A DNA stretch of 63,663 nucleotides, filler included, from Octopus bimaculoides (Eukaryota): the NCBI RefSeq assembly GCF_001194135.2. It is 9 parts of 7 records of this genome, joined end to end, with 100 filler letters (N's around TTAATTAATTAA, not from the genome) between each part and the next. Parts side by side here need not be neighbours in the genome. Positions count along the whole stretch, not along the records: positions 34,654 to 48,043 come from NC_068988.1; positions 48,144 to 55,178 come from NC_068988.1; 7 more parts are not named here. One strand, written 5' to 3'. Under the pieces are notes generated by a model that had not been told where the DNA came from, did not search any database, and worked only from the letters and a program-made list of their open reading frames with translations. The first letter of the stretch is position 1, and each line of letters starts with the position of its first letter. Position numbers and translations under genes: made by a program. Below, one piece after another: positions 42,093 to 53,226 of the stretch.

Positions 42093-43830
42093 CATCATCA
42101 TCATCATCGTTTAACGTCCGTTTTCCATGCTGGCATGGGTTGGACGGTTCAACTGGGGTCTGGGAAGCCAGGAGGCTGCACCAGGCTCCAGTCTGATCTG
42201 GTAGTATTTCTACAGCTGGATGCCCTCCCTAACACCAACCATTCCGGGAGTGTAGTGGGTGCTTTTTACGTGCCACCAGCATAGAGGCCAGATGGGGCTG
42301 GCATTGACCAAGATTGGATGGTGCTTTTTACATGCCACCGGCCCAGAAGCTAGTCAAGGCAGTGCTGGTATCGGCCATGTTCAGATGGTGCTTTTTATGT
42401 GCTACCAGCAAGGGGATCACAACTACAATTTCCATTTGATTTGATTTTGATGTACTTGACTCAACAGGTCTCTTCAAGCATGGCATGTCATGCTACAATT
42501 CAAGGTACTTTTGAGTGGGCTGCTTATGCAACACTGGTGTAGGTTACAGCTGTGAACTCACTTTATTTGCTGGGTCTTCTCAGTCACAGCACATCTCCAG
42601 AGGTCTCAGTCTTTTGTCATTGCCTCTGTGAGGCCCAACGTTTGAAGGTCATGCTTCACCACCTCATCCCATGTCTTCCTGGGTCTCCCTCTACCCCAGA
42701 TTCCTTCCACTGTTTGGGAGTGCCACTTCTTCACACAGCTCTCCTCGTCCATCCACAGTACATGACCATACCAGCGCAAACGTCTCTCTTGCACGCCACA
42801 TCCAATACTTCTTATGTCTAACATTTCTCTTAGGGCGCTTACACTCTGTTGTGTGTGCACACTGACATTACACATCCTGCGGATCATGTTAGTTTCATTT
42901 CTTTTGAGCCTATGCATGTCTTCAGCAGTCACGGCCCAGCAGTCATGTCTTCAGCAGTCACTGCTGTGAAGCATGGCAGTTTGCACACATGCATTGTACA
43001 ATCTACCTTTCACTCTGAGTGAGAGGCCCTTTGTCACCAGCAGGGCTTTCTGAACTTTGCCCAGGCTATTCTTATTCTAGTGGTAACACTCTCTGAGCAT
43101 CCAACCCCACTACAGAATTGGTCACCTAGGTAGCGGAAGCTAGCAACTACTTCTAGTTTCTCCCCCTGGCATGTGATGGAATCTATTTTCTGGGCATCTC
43201 CTGCACACGAAAGCTATCTTCCCGGTTAATGTTCCTTTGATGTTGCTGCACCTCTTATGTGTCCATAGCTTACACTGAGTACATCTTATGGAGTTTCTAC
43301 CTACACCTTTTCTACAGATCAAGCAGGGCCACCTATCTGAAGGGGTGTGTGATGTGTTCGCCTTCCTACTTACTAGAACTTTGGTCTTTGCAACATTGAC
43401 TCTAAGGCCCTTGGATTCTAAATTTTGCTTTCACACCTTAAATTTCTGCTCTAGTTCTGGTAGTGATTCTGTTATGAGGGCCAGGTCATCAGCATAGAGG
43501 AGCTCTCAGGGGCAACCTGTCTTGAATTCCTCTATTATTGCCTGGAGGACTATGATGAATAAGAGGGGGCTGAGGGCTGATCCTTGGTGGATCCCTACTT
43601 CTACCCGGAATTCTTCACTATACTCATTGCCAACCCTAACCTTACTAACGGCATCTCTGTATAAGGCCTAACCCTAACTTTATTAACCATTCATCAATCC
43701 TCAGTTTCTGCATCGCCCATCAGATAAGGGATCGGGGGACCCTATCAAAGGCTTTCTCCAAGTCCACAAAAGTCAAGTATAGGGATTTATCTTTGGCTAT
43801 AAGCAACTGACAAGAAAGTGAGTAATAAGT
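42093..43830 (-). mobile_element. 5'-truncated RTE-clade LINE (RT, Cys-rich insert, 3' UTR, (GAT)n tail) in a TRAF7 intron
   Basis: FVDLEKAFDRVP, GIHQGSALSPLLF, YADD at 43485-43496, CRKGVGRNSIRCTQCKLWTHKRC and ERRLRWYGHV on the minus strand; (CAT)n tail on plus at 42093. Confidence 0.93.
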
Positions 43831-44253
43831 GCCACATTAGTGGATGGACAACTTTTAATTGCTAAGTGCTCTTAGTACAGTTGCAGTGGCTTCATGTGAT
43901 AATATTTGCAATTATTTAGGTGCAGTTATAATAATACTGGTGATTTAGCCATTTTTATTAGACTAATGTTGTTTTCACAATATAAAATCTCATTTTACAT
44001 CTTGTTTACATTCAGTTTAACATAAATGGCTAACTCCAGTTGAATAACTGCAAATTTTTATTTGTACAAAACCAATGGTACAGTCCTAAGAGCACTTGGC
44101 TCTTAAAAGCTGTAAAAAAGTTAGTGCAAAGACAAAAGTTAAGTGGGTTAAAGGAAGCAATCAGGTAGGGATCAAAAATTGGTTATTCCCTTCTTTCTAT
44201 TAATAATAATCAAGAGTTCTACATTTTTCTGAAAAAACTTTAACATCACTTAC

Positions 44254-44309
44254 CTGATGCCCAACAAATGTTCCACGACATTTGAACATTCGTTGTGGAT
44301 CATCATAAC
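44254..44309 (-). CDS. TRAF7: TRAF7 internal exon (linker into first WD40 repeat): (x)GT + YDDPQRMFKCRGTFVGHQ
   Basis: Minus strand reads ctttcag|GTTATGATGATCCA...GGGCATCAG|gtaagt; 56 nt, phase 1 in, phase 0 out. Resembles vertebrate TRAF7 YDPQQIFKCKGTFVGHQ as I recall it and splices in frame to the next exon. Confidence 0.93.
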
Positions 44310-45136
44310 CTGAAAGTGGACAGACAACTCTTGCTTAGTGTTGTTTACCATGATTAAAAAATTTGTGTATGTGTGTGTTTATTGTTGTTTATTTTGAAGA
44401 AAAATTTGATAAAGCAAACCATATGATCTAAGATAGTCCAGTCGTCACAATCCTACATTAACCAATACTAAAAGCTTTTATCATAGAGTAGAAGAGGTTT
44501 CAGGCAAATATTTAAAATATGTGCAAATATCTGTATTAATATAAACAAACAAAAGATATTTTATGTAATATATCTGTGAATGACACCTCTCATCTTTATT
44601 AAAGTCACTTTATAGTAAGGAATATTTTATATAAAAGTCGTTTAAAATTATGCCTTGATACAACACAAATAATTACTTATTTCAATTATTTCAGGTAATC
44701 TAGCTGAGGATAAATCAGAGGAGCATAAAACACACGCAGATGTATACAGACAGACAGATGAATATGTAGATAGACATACAAACAGACAGCTGGGTATGTA
44801 TGTGTATGTATGTATATATATATATATATATATATNNNNNNNNNNNNNNNNNNNNNNNNNNNNNNNNNNNNNNNNNNNNNNNNNNNNNNNNNNNNNNNNN
44901 NNNNNNNNNNNNNNNNNNNNNNNNNNNNNNNNNNNNNNNNNNNNNNNNNNNNNNNNNNNNNNNNNNNNNNNNNNNNNNNNNNNNNNNNNNNNNNNNNNNN
45001 NNNNNNNNNNNNNNNNNNNNNNNNNNNNNNNNNNNNNNNNNNNNNNNNNNNNNNNNNNNNNNNNNNNNNNNNNNNNNNNNNNNNNNNNNNNNNNNNNNNN
45101 NNNNNNNNNNNNNNNNNNNNNNNNNNNNNNNNNNNN

Positions 45137-46396
45137 GCCACCGGCACGAGGGCCAGTCATGGGGTACTGGCAACGGCCTGGCTCAAAAGGTGTTTTTTAC
45201 GTGCCACTTGCACGGGAGCCAGTCCAGAGGCACTGGCAATGACCTCGCTCGAATGATTTTCTAACGTGCCACCAGCACAAGTGCTAGAAGGCAACGCTCG
45301 TAACGATTACGTTCAAATGGTGCTATTTACGGGCCACTAGCACGGAAGCCAGACAGCTGCTCTGGCAATGAACATGCTCAGACAGTACTGTTAGTGCTCC
45401 ACTGATGCAGGTGCCACTCATCGGATATGGTTCAATTTTGATTTCGATTTGACTTGCCCCAACAGGTCTTCGCAAGCAGAGTTTAGTGTCCAATGGAGAG
45501 GTAGGCATGGGTACCAGTTGTCGGATTCGGTTCGATTTCAGATTTACTTGCCTCAACATGTTTTCGCAAGCAGAGTTTAGTGTCCGATGAAGTAAAGATA
45601 TAGTTAAGTGAGCAGGCCACACTTCTGGCAGAGGTCCCAGCTTAGGCTCTTACTTGGCTTGCCAGGTCTTCTCACATACTGCATATTTCCAAAGGTCCCG
45701 GTCACTAGTCATTGCTTCGGTGAGGCCTAAAGTTTGAAGGTTGTGCTTCACCACCTTGTCCCAGGTCTTCCTGGGTCTACCCCTTCCGCAGGTTCCCTCA
45801 ACTGCTAGGGTGTGGCACTTTTTCACGCAGCTATCCTCATTCATTCTTGCCACATGTCCATACCAGCGCAGTCGTCTCTCTTGCACACCACAACTGATGC
45901 TTCTTAGGTCTAACTTTTCTCTCAAGGTATTTACACTCTGTCGAGTATGCACACTGACATTACACATCCATTGGAGCATACTGGCTTCATTCCTTGCGAG
46001 CTTACGCATGTCCTCAGCAGTCACGGCCCATGTTTCACTGCCATGTAGCATGGCTGTTCGTACACATGCGACATACAGTCTGCCTTTTACTCTGAGTGAG
46101 AGACCCTTTGTCACCAGCAGGAGTAAGACCTCTCTAAACTTTGCCCAGGCTATTCTTATTCTAGCAGCTACACTTTCAGCGCACCCACCACTGCTACAAA
46201 CTTGGTCACCTAGGTAGTGGAAGCTATCAACTACTTCTAGTTTTTCTCCCTGGAGTGTGGTAAAGGTTGTTTTCTGCACATTCTCAGTGTTTATTGCTCC
46301 TGAGCATCTTCCACATACAAAAACTACCTTGCTAGTTAGCCTTCCTTTGATACTGCTGCACTGAAGCTTTATGATTTAATTGGGCCAACCGCAGCT
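45137..46396 (-). mobile_element. RTE-clade LINE, 3' part of ORF2 plus 3' UTR (younger copy)
   Basis: ORF 45650-46279: VDSFHYLGDQV, IRIAWAKFRE, LHGSETWA, QERRLRWYGHV, GRGRPRKTW. Same family as the 42093-43830 copy; bounded by N gaps. Confidence 0.93.
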
Positions 46397-47371
46397 TTGT
46401 GATTGAATTTGGTAGGNNNNNNNNNNNNNNNNNNNNNNNNNNNNNNNNNNNNNNNNNNNNNNNNNNNNNNNNNNNNNNNNNNNNNNNNNNNNNNNNNNNN
46501 NNNNNNNNNNNNNNNNNNNNNNNNNNNNNNNNNNNNNNNNNNNNNNNNNNNNNNNNNNNNNNNNNNNNNNNNNNNNNNNNNNNNNNNNNNNNNNNNNNNN
46601 NNNNNNNNNNNNNNNNNNNNNNNNNNNNNNNNNNNNNNNNNNNNNNNNNNNNNNNNNNNNNNNNNNNNNNNNNNNNNNNNNNNNNNNNNNNNNNNNNNNN
46701 NNNNNNNNNNNNNNNNNNNNNNNNNNNNNNNNNNNNNNNNNNNNNNNNNNNNNNNNNNNNNNNNNNNNNNNNNNNNNNNNNNNNNNNNNNNNNNNNNNNN
46801 NNNNNNNNNNNNNNNNNNNNNNNNNNNNNNNNNNNNNNNNNNNNNNNNNNNNNNNNNNNNNNNNNNNNNNNNNNNNNNNNNNNNNNNNNNNNNNNNNNNN
46901 NNNNNNNNNNNNNNNNNNNNNNNNNNNNNNNNNNNNNNNNNNNNNNNNNNNNNNNNNNNNNNNNNNNNNNNNNNNNNNNNNNNNNNNNNNNNNNNNNNNN
47001 NNNNNNNNNNNNNNNNNNNNNNNNNNNNNNNNNNNNNNNNNNNNNNNNNNNNNNNNNNNNNNNNNNNNNNNNNNNNNNNNNNNNNNNNNNNNNNNNNNNN
47101 NNNNNNNNNNNNNNNNNNNNNNNNNNNNNNNNNNNNNNNNNNNNNNNNNNNNNNNNNNNNNNNNNNNNNNNNNNNNNNNNNNNNNNNNNNNNNNNNNNNN
47201 NNNNNNNNNNNNNNNNNNNNNNNNNNNNNNNNNNNNNNNNNNNNNNNNNNNNNNNNNNNNNNNNNNNNNNNNNNNNNNNNNNNNNNNNNNNNNNNNNNNN
47301 NNNNNNNNNNNNNNNNNNNNNNNNNNNNNNNNNNNNNNNNNNNNNNNNNNNNNNNNNNNNNNNNNNNNNNN

Positions 47372-48043
47372 GAAAGGTAGATCTGGTGAAATTGTTGAGA
47401 TGCTTGAACGGAGACGCGTAGATATGTGCTGCATCCAGGAAGTAAGATGGAGAGGAGGTTCTGCGAGGTTCCTCACAGGCAAAGAACACAGGTACAAGAT
47501 TTTCTGGGCAGGGAACACTGACGGGGTCGGGGGCGTAGGAATACTTCTAGCGGAGAAATGGGTGGATAAGGTAATCGAGGTCGTTAAAGTGACAGAGTAC
47601 TTAAGATTAGACTAGTGCTTCATCATAGATTAGCCACTGTCATCTCAGCCTATGCACCTCAACCGGGGCTACCAGATGGTCTGAAAGACCAATTCTATGA
47701 CACCCTCTTGCAAACTACCTCCAGCACGACGTCCGACATGACCATTGAAGTCTCCAGCCACAAAGAGAAGGTCCCTGTCACTCGTCGACGAGGTAGTTTG
47801 CAAGAGAGTGTCATAGAATTGGTCTTTCAGACCATCTGGTAGCCCCCATCTGGTAGCCCATGGCATGCATGGAGGTTATGGCTTCGGTTCCCGCAACGAG
47901 GAGGGAACCAGACTGCTGGAGTTCTATGATGCAACCGATCTTATGGTCTGCAATACCAACTTCAGGAAACCTGCCAGTCACCTAGTCACCTACCGCTCTG
48001 GCAGACACTCTAGCCAAATCGACTACATCCTCGCCAGAAATAG
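47372..48043 (+). mobile_element. RTE-clade LINE, AP-endonuclease domain, with an internal inversion
   Basis: Plus strand RRVDMCCIQEVRWRG, GVGILLAEKW, VISAYAPQPG, GYGFGSRNEEG, VCNTNFRK, SQIDYIL. The VAGDFNGHVG block lies inverted at 47722-47789. Confidence 0.92.
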
Positions 48044-48580
48044 NNNNNNNNNNNNNNNNNNNNNNNNNNNNNNNNNNNNNNNNNNNNTTAATTAATTAAN
48101 NNNNNNNNNNNNNNNNNNNNNNNNNNNNNNNNNNNNNNNNNNNTATATATATACAGTATATACATAAATGTAAATATATATACACACAGGCTTATTCATA
48201 CGTATATATACATGCTGTCAGAGAAAGTACAAGGCAGAATGTCAGATATATATGTAGATGTGTATGTGTGTGTGTGTATGTGTGTGTTTTTGTGTTTGTT
48301 TGTGTGTGTTTGTGTGTGTGTGTATGTGTTTGTGTTTGTGTGTGCGTGTGTCTGTGTTTCTGTGTGTGTATGTGCGTGTGGGCGTGTTGCCGGTGGCCAC
48401 CAGAAGGGACTGATATTATCGTTAGAGGCGCGAAATTGCGTTTGACCCTCTGACCGTTAACTGATGAAAAGTTGGGAACTTTGTATATCTGTTTTACGTT
48501 CGTCTGTGCAGTTACAATACGGTTTTGATTTATATTTGAATATATATATATATACATAGATATATATACACACACATATA

Positions 48581-48627
<47 letters not shown>

Positions 48628-48915
48628 CATACATATATATGTATACATATATATACATATATGTATACACCCCCCATATATATATATATATATTAGGGTG
48701 TCTTTTTCTCAGTTTGTCACACCCAGGCACTTGACAACCGGTCTTGGTGTGCTTACGCGCCCGTAAGCCAGCGATTCGTCAAAAGATACTGATCGAATAA
48801 GTACCAGGCTTTACAAAACAAATCCGTTTGACTATGTAAATGTTCGAGGCAGTGCTCCAGCACGGCCGCAGTCTAATTATTGAAACAAGGAAAGAAAAGA
48901 AAAGGGATAGATAGG

Positions 48916-48955
<40 letters not shown>

Positions 48956-49409
48956 CAGATAGAATTATATACATATCACTGTATATACATATACGTGGAT
49001 GTGCGTATAACCCAGTGACACACACGTATATATATCAATGCGTAAAATACCAAAACTATACAAGATAAATAGAAAAAATTTTAAATAACAGAAAAGAAAC
49101 ACTAAAAACCAAAGAAAACAAAACTAAACAACAAAAATCAAAAACATAAAACAAAATAAATATATATATATAAACCAAAAATCAAAAGGAAGAAACAACA
49201 GATGCGAAATCGACCCGACCCAACCATTTCGAAAACACAAGAAAGCAGACGATAAGATGGCCGTGGGGTTACATCATTGATAGTATAAGGATTGGAGCCA
49301 ATATATTCGGAAATAGTACAATTTCAACTATGAAAGTATCAAACGCTGCCAGACATGTCTTGGAAGTAAGAAAACAAATATAACAAAAAAAAATTATAAA
49401 ACTACAATG

Positions 49410-49484
<75 letters not shown>

Positions 49485-49894
49485 TTGATGATGATGATGA
49501 TGAGAATAAGATCAACAAGAACATGAGCAGCAGTAGCAGCAACAAGTAAAATCGAAGTTCTCATCTTAAGGTTGGTTTCGCAGTGAATCTTAAGGAAACG
49601 AGTGTAGTTTAGCGAGAATAATTCCTAAGGGAAGAATTTTTGCTCTATGTATGTCATGTAAGACGATATAAAATCGAAACTCGTGTCTGGACTGTTCTCC
49701 GTGTGCGTGTGTGTGTGTGTGTGCATTTGTGTGTGTGTGTGTGTGTATTTGTGCGTGTGTGTGTGTATGTGTGTGTTTGTGTCTTTGTTGTTGAGTGTGT
49801 GAGAGTGAGTATGTGTGTGGGTGTGACTGCGTGAGTGAGCGCGTGTGTATGTGAGTGTGCCTGTTTGTGTATTCTTGTGCTTGTACCTATAAAC

Positions 49895-49925
<31 letters not shown>

Positions 49926-50319
49926 ATATATATATATANNNNNNNNNNNNNNNNNNNNNNNNNNNNNNNNNNNNNNNNNNNNNNNNNNNNNNNNNNNNNN
50001 NNNNNNNNNNNNNNNNNNNNNNNNNNNNNNNNNNNNNNNNNNNNNNNNNNNNNNNNNNNNNNNNNNNNNNNNNNNNNNNNNNNNNNNNNNNNNNNNNNNN
50101 NNNNNNNNNNNNNNNNNNNNNNNNNNNNNNNNNNNNNNNNNNNNNNNNNNNNNNNNNNNNNNNNNNNNNNNNNNNNNNNNNNTATATATATATATATATA
50201 TACAAACACACGTACATACACATGCACACGCATACAAATTCAAGCTCTAGTAGAAATGTACACAAGTGACTTTCCACCAGAAAAGTTAACTGCAGTATAG
50301 ATGCGTGAATGTGTGTATG

Positions 50320-50379
<60 letters not shown>

Positions 50380-50657
50380 TGTGTGTGTGTGTACGAATGT
50401 GTTTGTGTCCTTGTTTGGATGGATGGATGGATGGATGGATGTGTATGAGTATGTGTGTATGTCTGTGAATAAATGAAAGTACTTTTAGATGCCTCTATCC
50501 GTACATCTGCATGTAAATACGCATTGCAGACTATATATATATATATGTATCTCGTTGTGTGTATATATGCTTGCTTATTAGCTGCATGCATAGATATAAG
50601 AACGGGGGCGCGTATGCATGAGTGTATGTAAATATCCGTCAGAGATTTCCTCTGTGT

Positions 50658-50700
<43 letters not shown>

Positions 50701-50902
50701 TGTGTGTGTATTTGTACTTGTGGTTGGGATTGTACGTATATGGGAGGATTTTCCTACCACTTTAGGTGCATGTGTACCGGTGCGTAGGAGACCGGTTATG
50801 TGTGAGCATGCGTGTATATGTACGCATATATCTAAGTATGCCAATACAAGAATATTACTGTATGTGTATGTGTTAGTGTATATATATATATATATATTTG
50901 TT

Positions 50903-50959
<57 letters not shown>

Positions 50960-51853
50960 GTATTTATGTATATATGTATATATGTGTGTGTATGTATGTA
51001 TGTATGTATGTATGTATGTATGTATGTATGTATACATGCGTGTCCTGTTTTTCGATATCCCTAAGCCACATATATCGCTTTATAGTTGTTCTCCTCTCTT
51101 TTCTAATAACCTGAACTTATGAAATATAAAGAAAGAAAAAACGATTTTTAGGACACCCATTATATCTTGCTAGATTTATAGTCTGTAAAATTGGGAGAAA
51201 AAATATCAAATTTTTTATATACTCGTTAAATTTTGAATAAACGTCTTCAAACCTAGTCAGAAATGTAGGTGACGCCTATTTGGTTTATATTTTACTATCA
51301 ATAAAGTTTCTATCGTTATTATTCGAGTTTTTAGTGTATTTCTATATAGGTTGTTGGTGTTATCAACTAATGTTTTCTTTTTTATCGGTTTTTTAATACT
51401 GTTTTTTATCTAGTTTTGTTTCGTTTTCTGCATTGTTCTGTAATGGTTCCGTGATATAAATGCATGGTCACCTCAACGTGTAACGGTGATAGATTTTTTT
51501 TCTCTTTTTTTTAATTTCTTTTTCTGCCCGGTGTAACGGTTTTGCGTCATAAAGTTATGATTTTCGTGTTTACGTTGAAATTTGTATAATACATTTTGGT
51601 TTGGAAACAAGAAAGCATAATAATAATAATAATCGACACACACGTATAGTACACGTGAATTCAACGATAAATGTTTACCTGAAGTCAACCGATAAGCACT
51701 TTTAAAACTGTCGATGATGATTATTATCAGTTACGACATTATTCCCGCGATCACTTGCTGCCTAATATAAAACTCGTTCACTCTATGACATGATCTTGGT
51801 TATATTTAGAAGACGGAGCAGAGATCTTTAAAACATTAATGGACATTAACACA

Positions 51854-51857
<4 letters not shown>

Positions 51858-51922
<65 letters not shown>

Positions 51923-51962
51923 CATTATTATTATCATTATTATTATTATTATTACTATTATT
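51858..51962. repeat. (TTA)n microsatellite (others at 1-29, 5128-5193, 13592-13655, 15883-15943, 49409-49483)
   Basis: Direct inspection. Confidence 0.96.
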
Positions 51963-52319
51963 ATTACTGCTACCTGTATTATTACCACGTTTGCTTAAAA
52001 ATATAGAGAGAGATATATATACGTACACATATACACGCCCACACATATATGTACGTTTGCACATATATATATTTATGCATATGTATACAAACGGTTTCAA
52101 ATTTATGATGTCGAAGAGTAAAATGAAGGCTATAGATAAAACCGTGTGGACTTGTTTATAGCTTATTATATGTTGTGTCACGTGACTTAGTAAATATACT
52201 GGTAGTTATGCTTATGTACATAAATAAATATGAACACTCATATGTGTGTGTATATTCAGTTATGTGAGATAAACTCTGTCCAATTATATGTATACATACA
52301 TACATACATACATATGTAC

Positions 52320-52350
<31 letters not shown>

Positions 52351-53166
52351 CATACATACATACATACATACAAGTATGGCAATTAAATTCGGGATGCGGT
52401 CTGTAATTTCACTCTGACGGAAATTCGAACTGCATAATTTTAGATTGTTAACAATTTAAAACCACACTTTCTGCTTGGCTCAATGGATACTTGCGTTACA
52501 TCAAAGTACATTGTTAACGTATTTTTGTTATGAATCAAAAAGTACATTTTATTAGCAAAATACTTTTACAGGAAGAAAAGAAGGAAAACATTAAAATAAT
52601 AAAATACCAAGTTATTGAAAGAAAAGAAACTTCCTAACTATCTTACCAAGGAAACAGAAAAAAAGGTGAGATTAAGCAACAGAAGATGGGGGAAGGTGAG
52701 AGTAATGGATTGTACATCCCACAACAAGTGGTGTGTTTAGCTGCACCTTACGGCCATGATTTTAAATGTATTGCTACGGAGAATGGCCAGCGGCACTCGC
52801 TGTAAGGCCGACTCAGCCATGGCCTTACAGTTTGGCGGCGCTACAGCTCATTTCTCTGACGAGACACAAGTTTTCTGATTTTGCGGAGGGAATCAATAGT
52901 GCAGGGTCCGTGAAAACAGCGACCGGCAAAAACTAATGGCTGCCACATTTTTACCGAACGCGAGGAAATGTAATTCTCAAAGCTGGCCTCTTAAAATCAG
53001 ACTAAACTATATATCGACGATTTCGTAGTTATTACATACCAAACGAACACCTCATGTATCCAGCATAGTACATAGAAGATTGTTTATCCCTATATATCTA
53101 TGTAAAAGGCGGGCTTTATTTTTTGAGTTGTCGAATTTTTGTTTATTTTTATGTATTTTGACCATA

Positions 53167-53226
53167 TTATACTGATGAGTAGAGGTTACATATTCCTGTA
53201 ATAACTGCGAAATCGCCGATATATAG
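53167..53226 (+). ncRNA. Type I hammerhead ribozyme motif (probably from a Penelope pseudo-LTR)
   Basis: Stem I TTATA/TATAG; core CTGATGA 53172-53178; stem II GTAG/CTGC extended by GTTACA/TGTAAT; GAAA 53209-53212; stem III ATC/GAT with GCC loop; NUH = AUA, predicted cut after 53221. Confidence 0.78.

Noticed and set aside
52856-52925. CTGACGAG ... GAAA as a second hammerhead
   Set aside because: No stem II closing pair before GAAA and no stem I or III.
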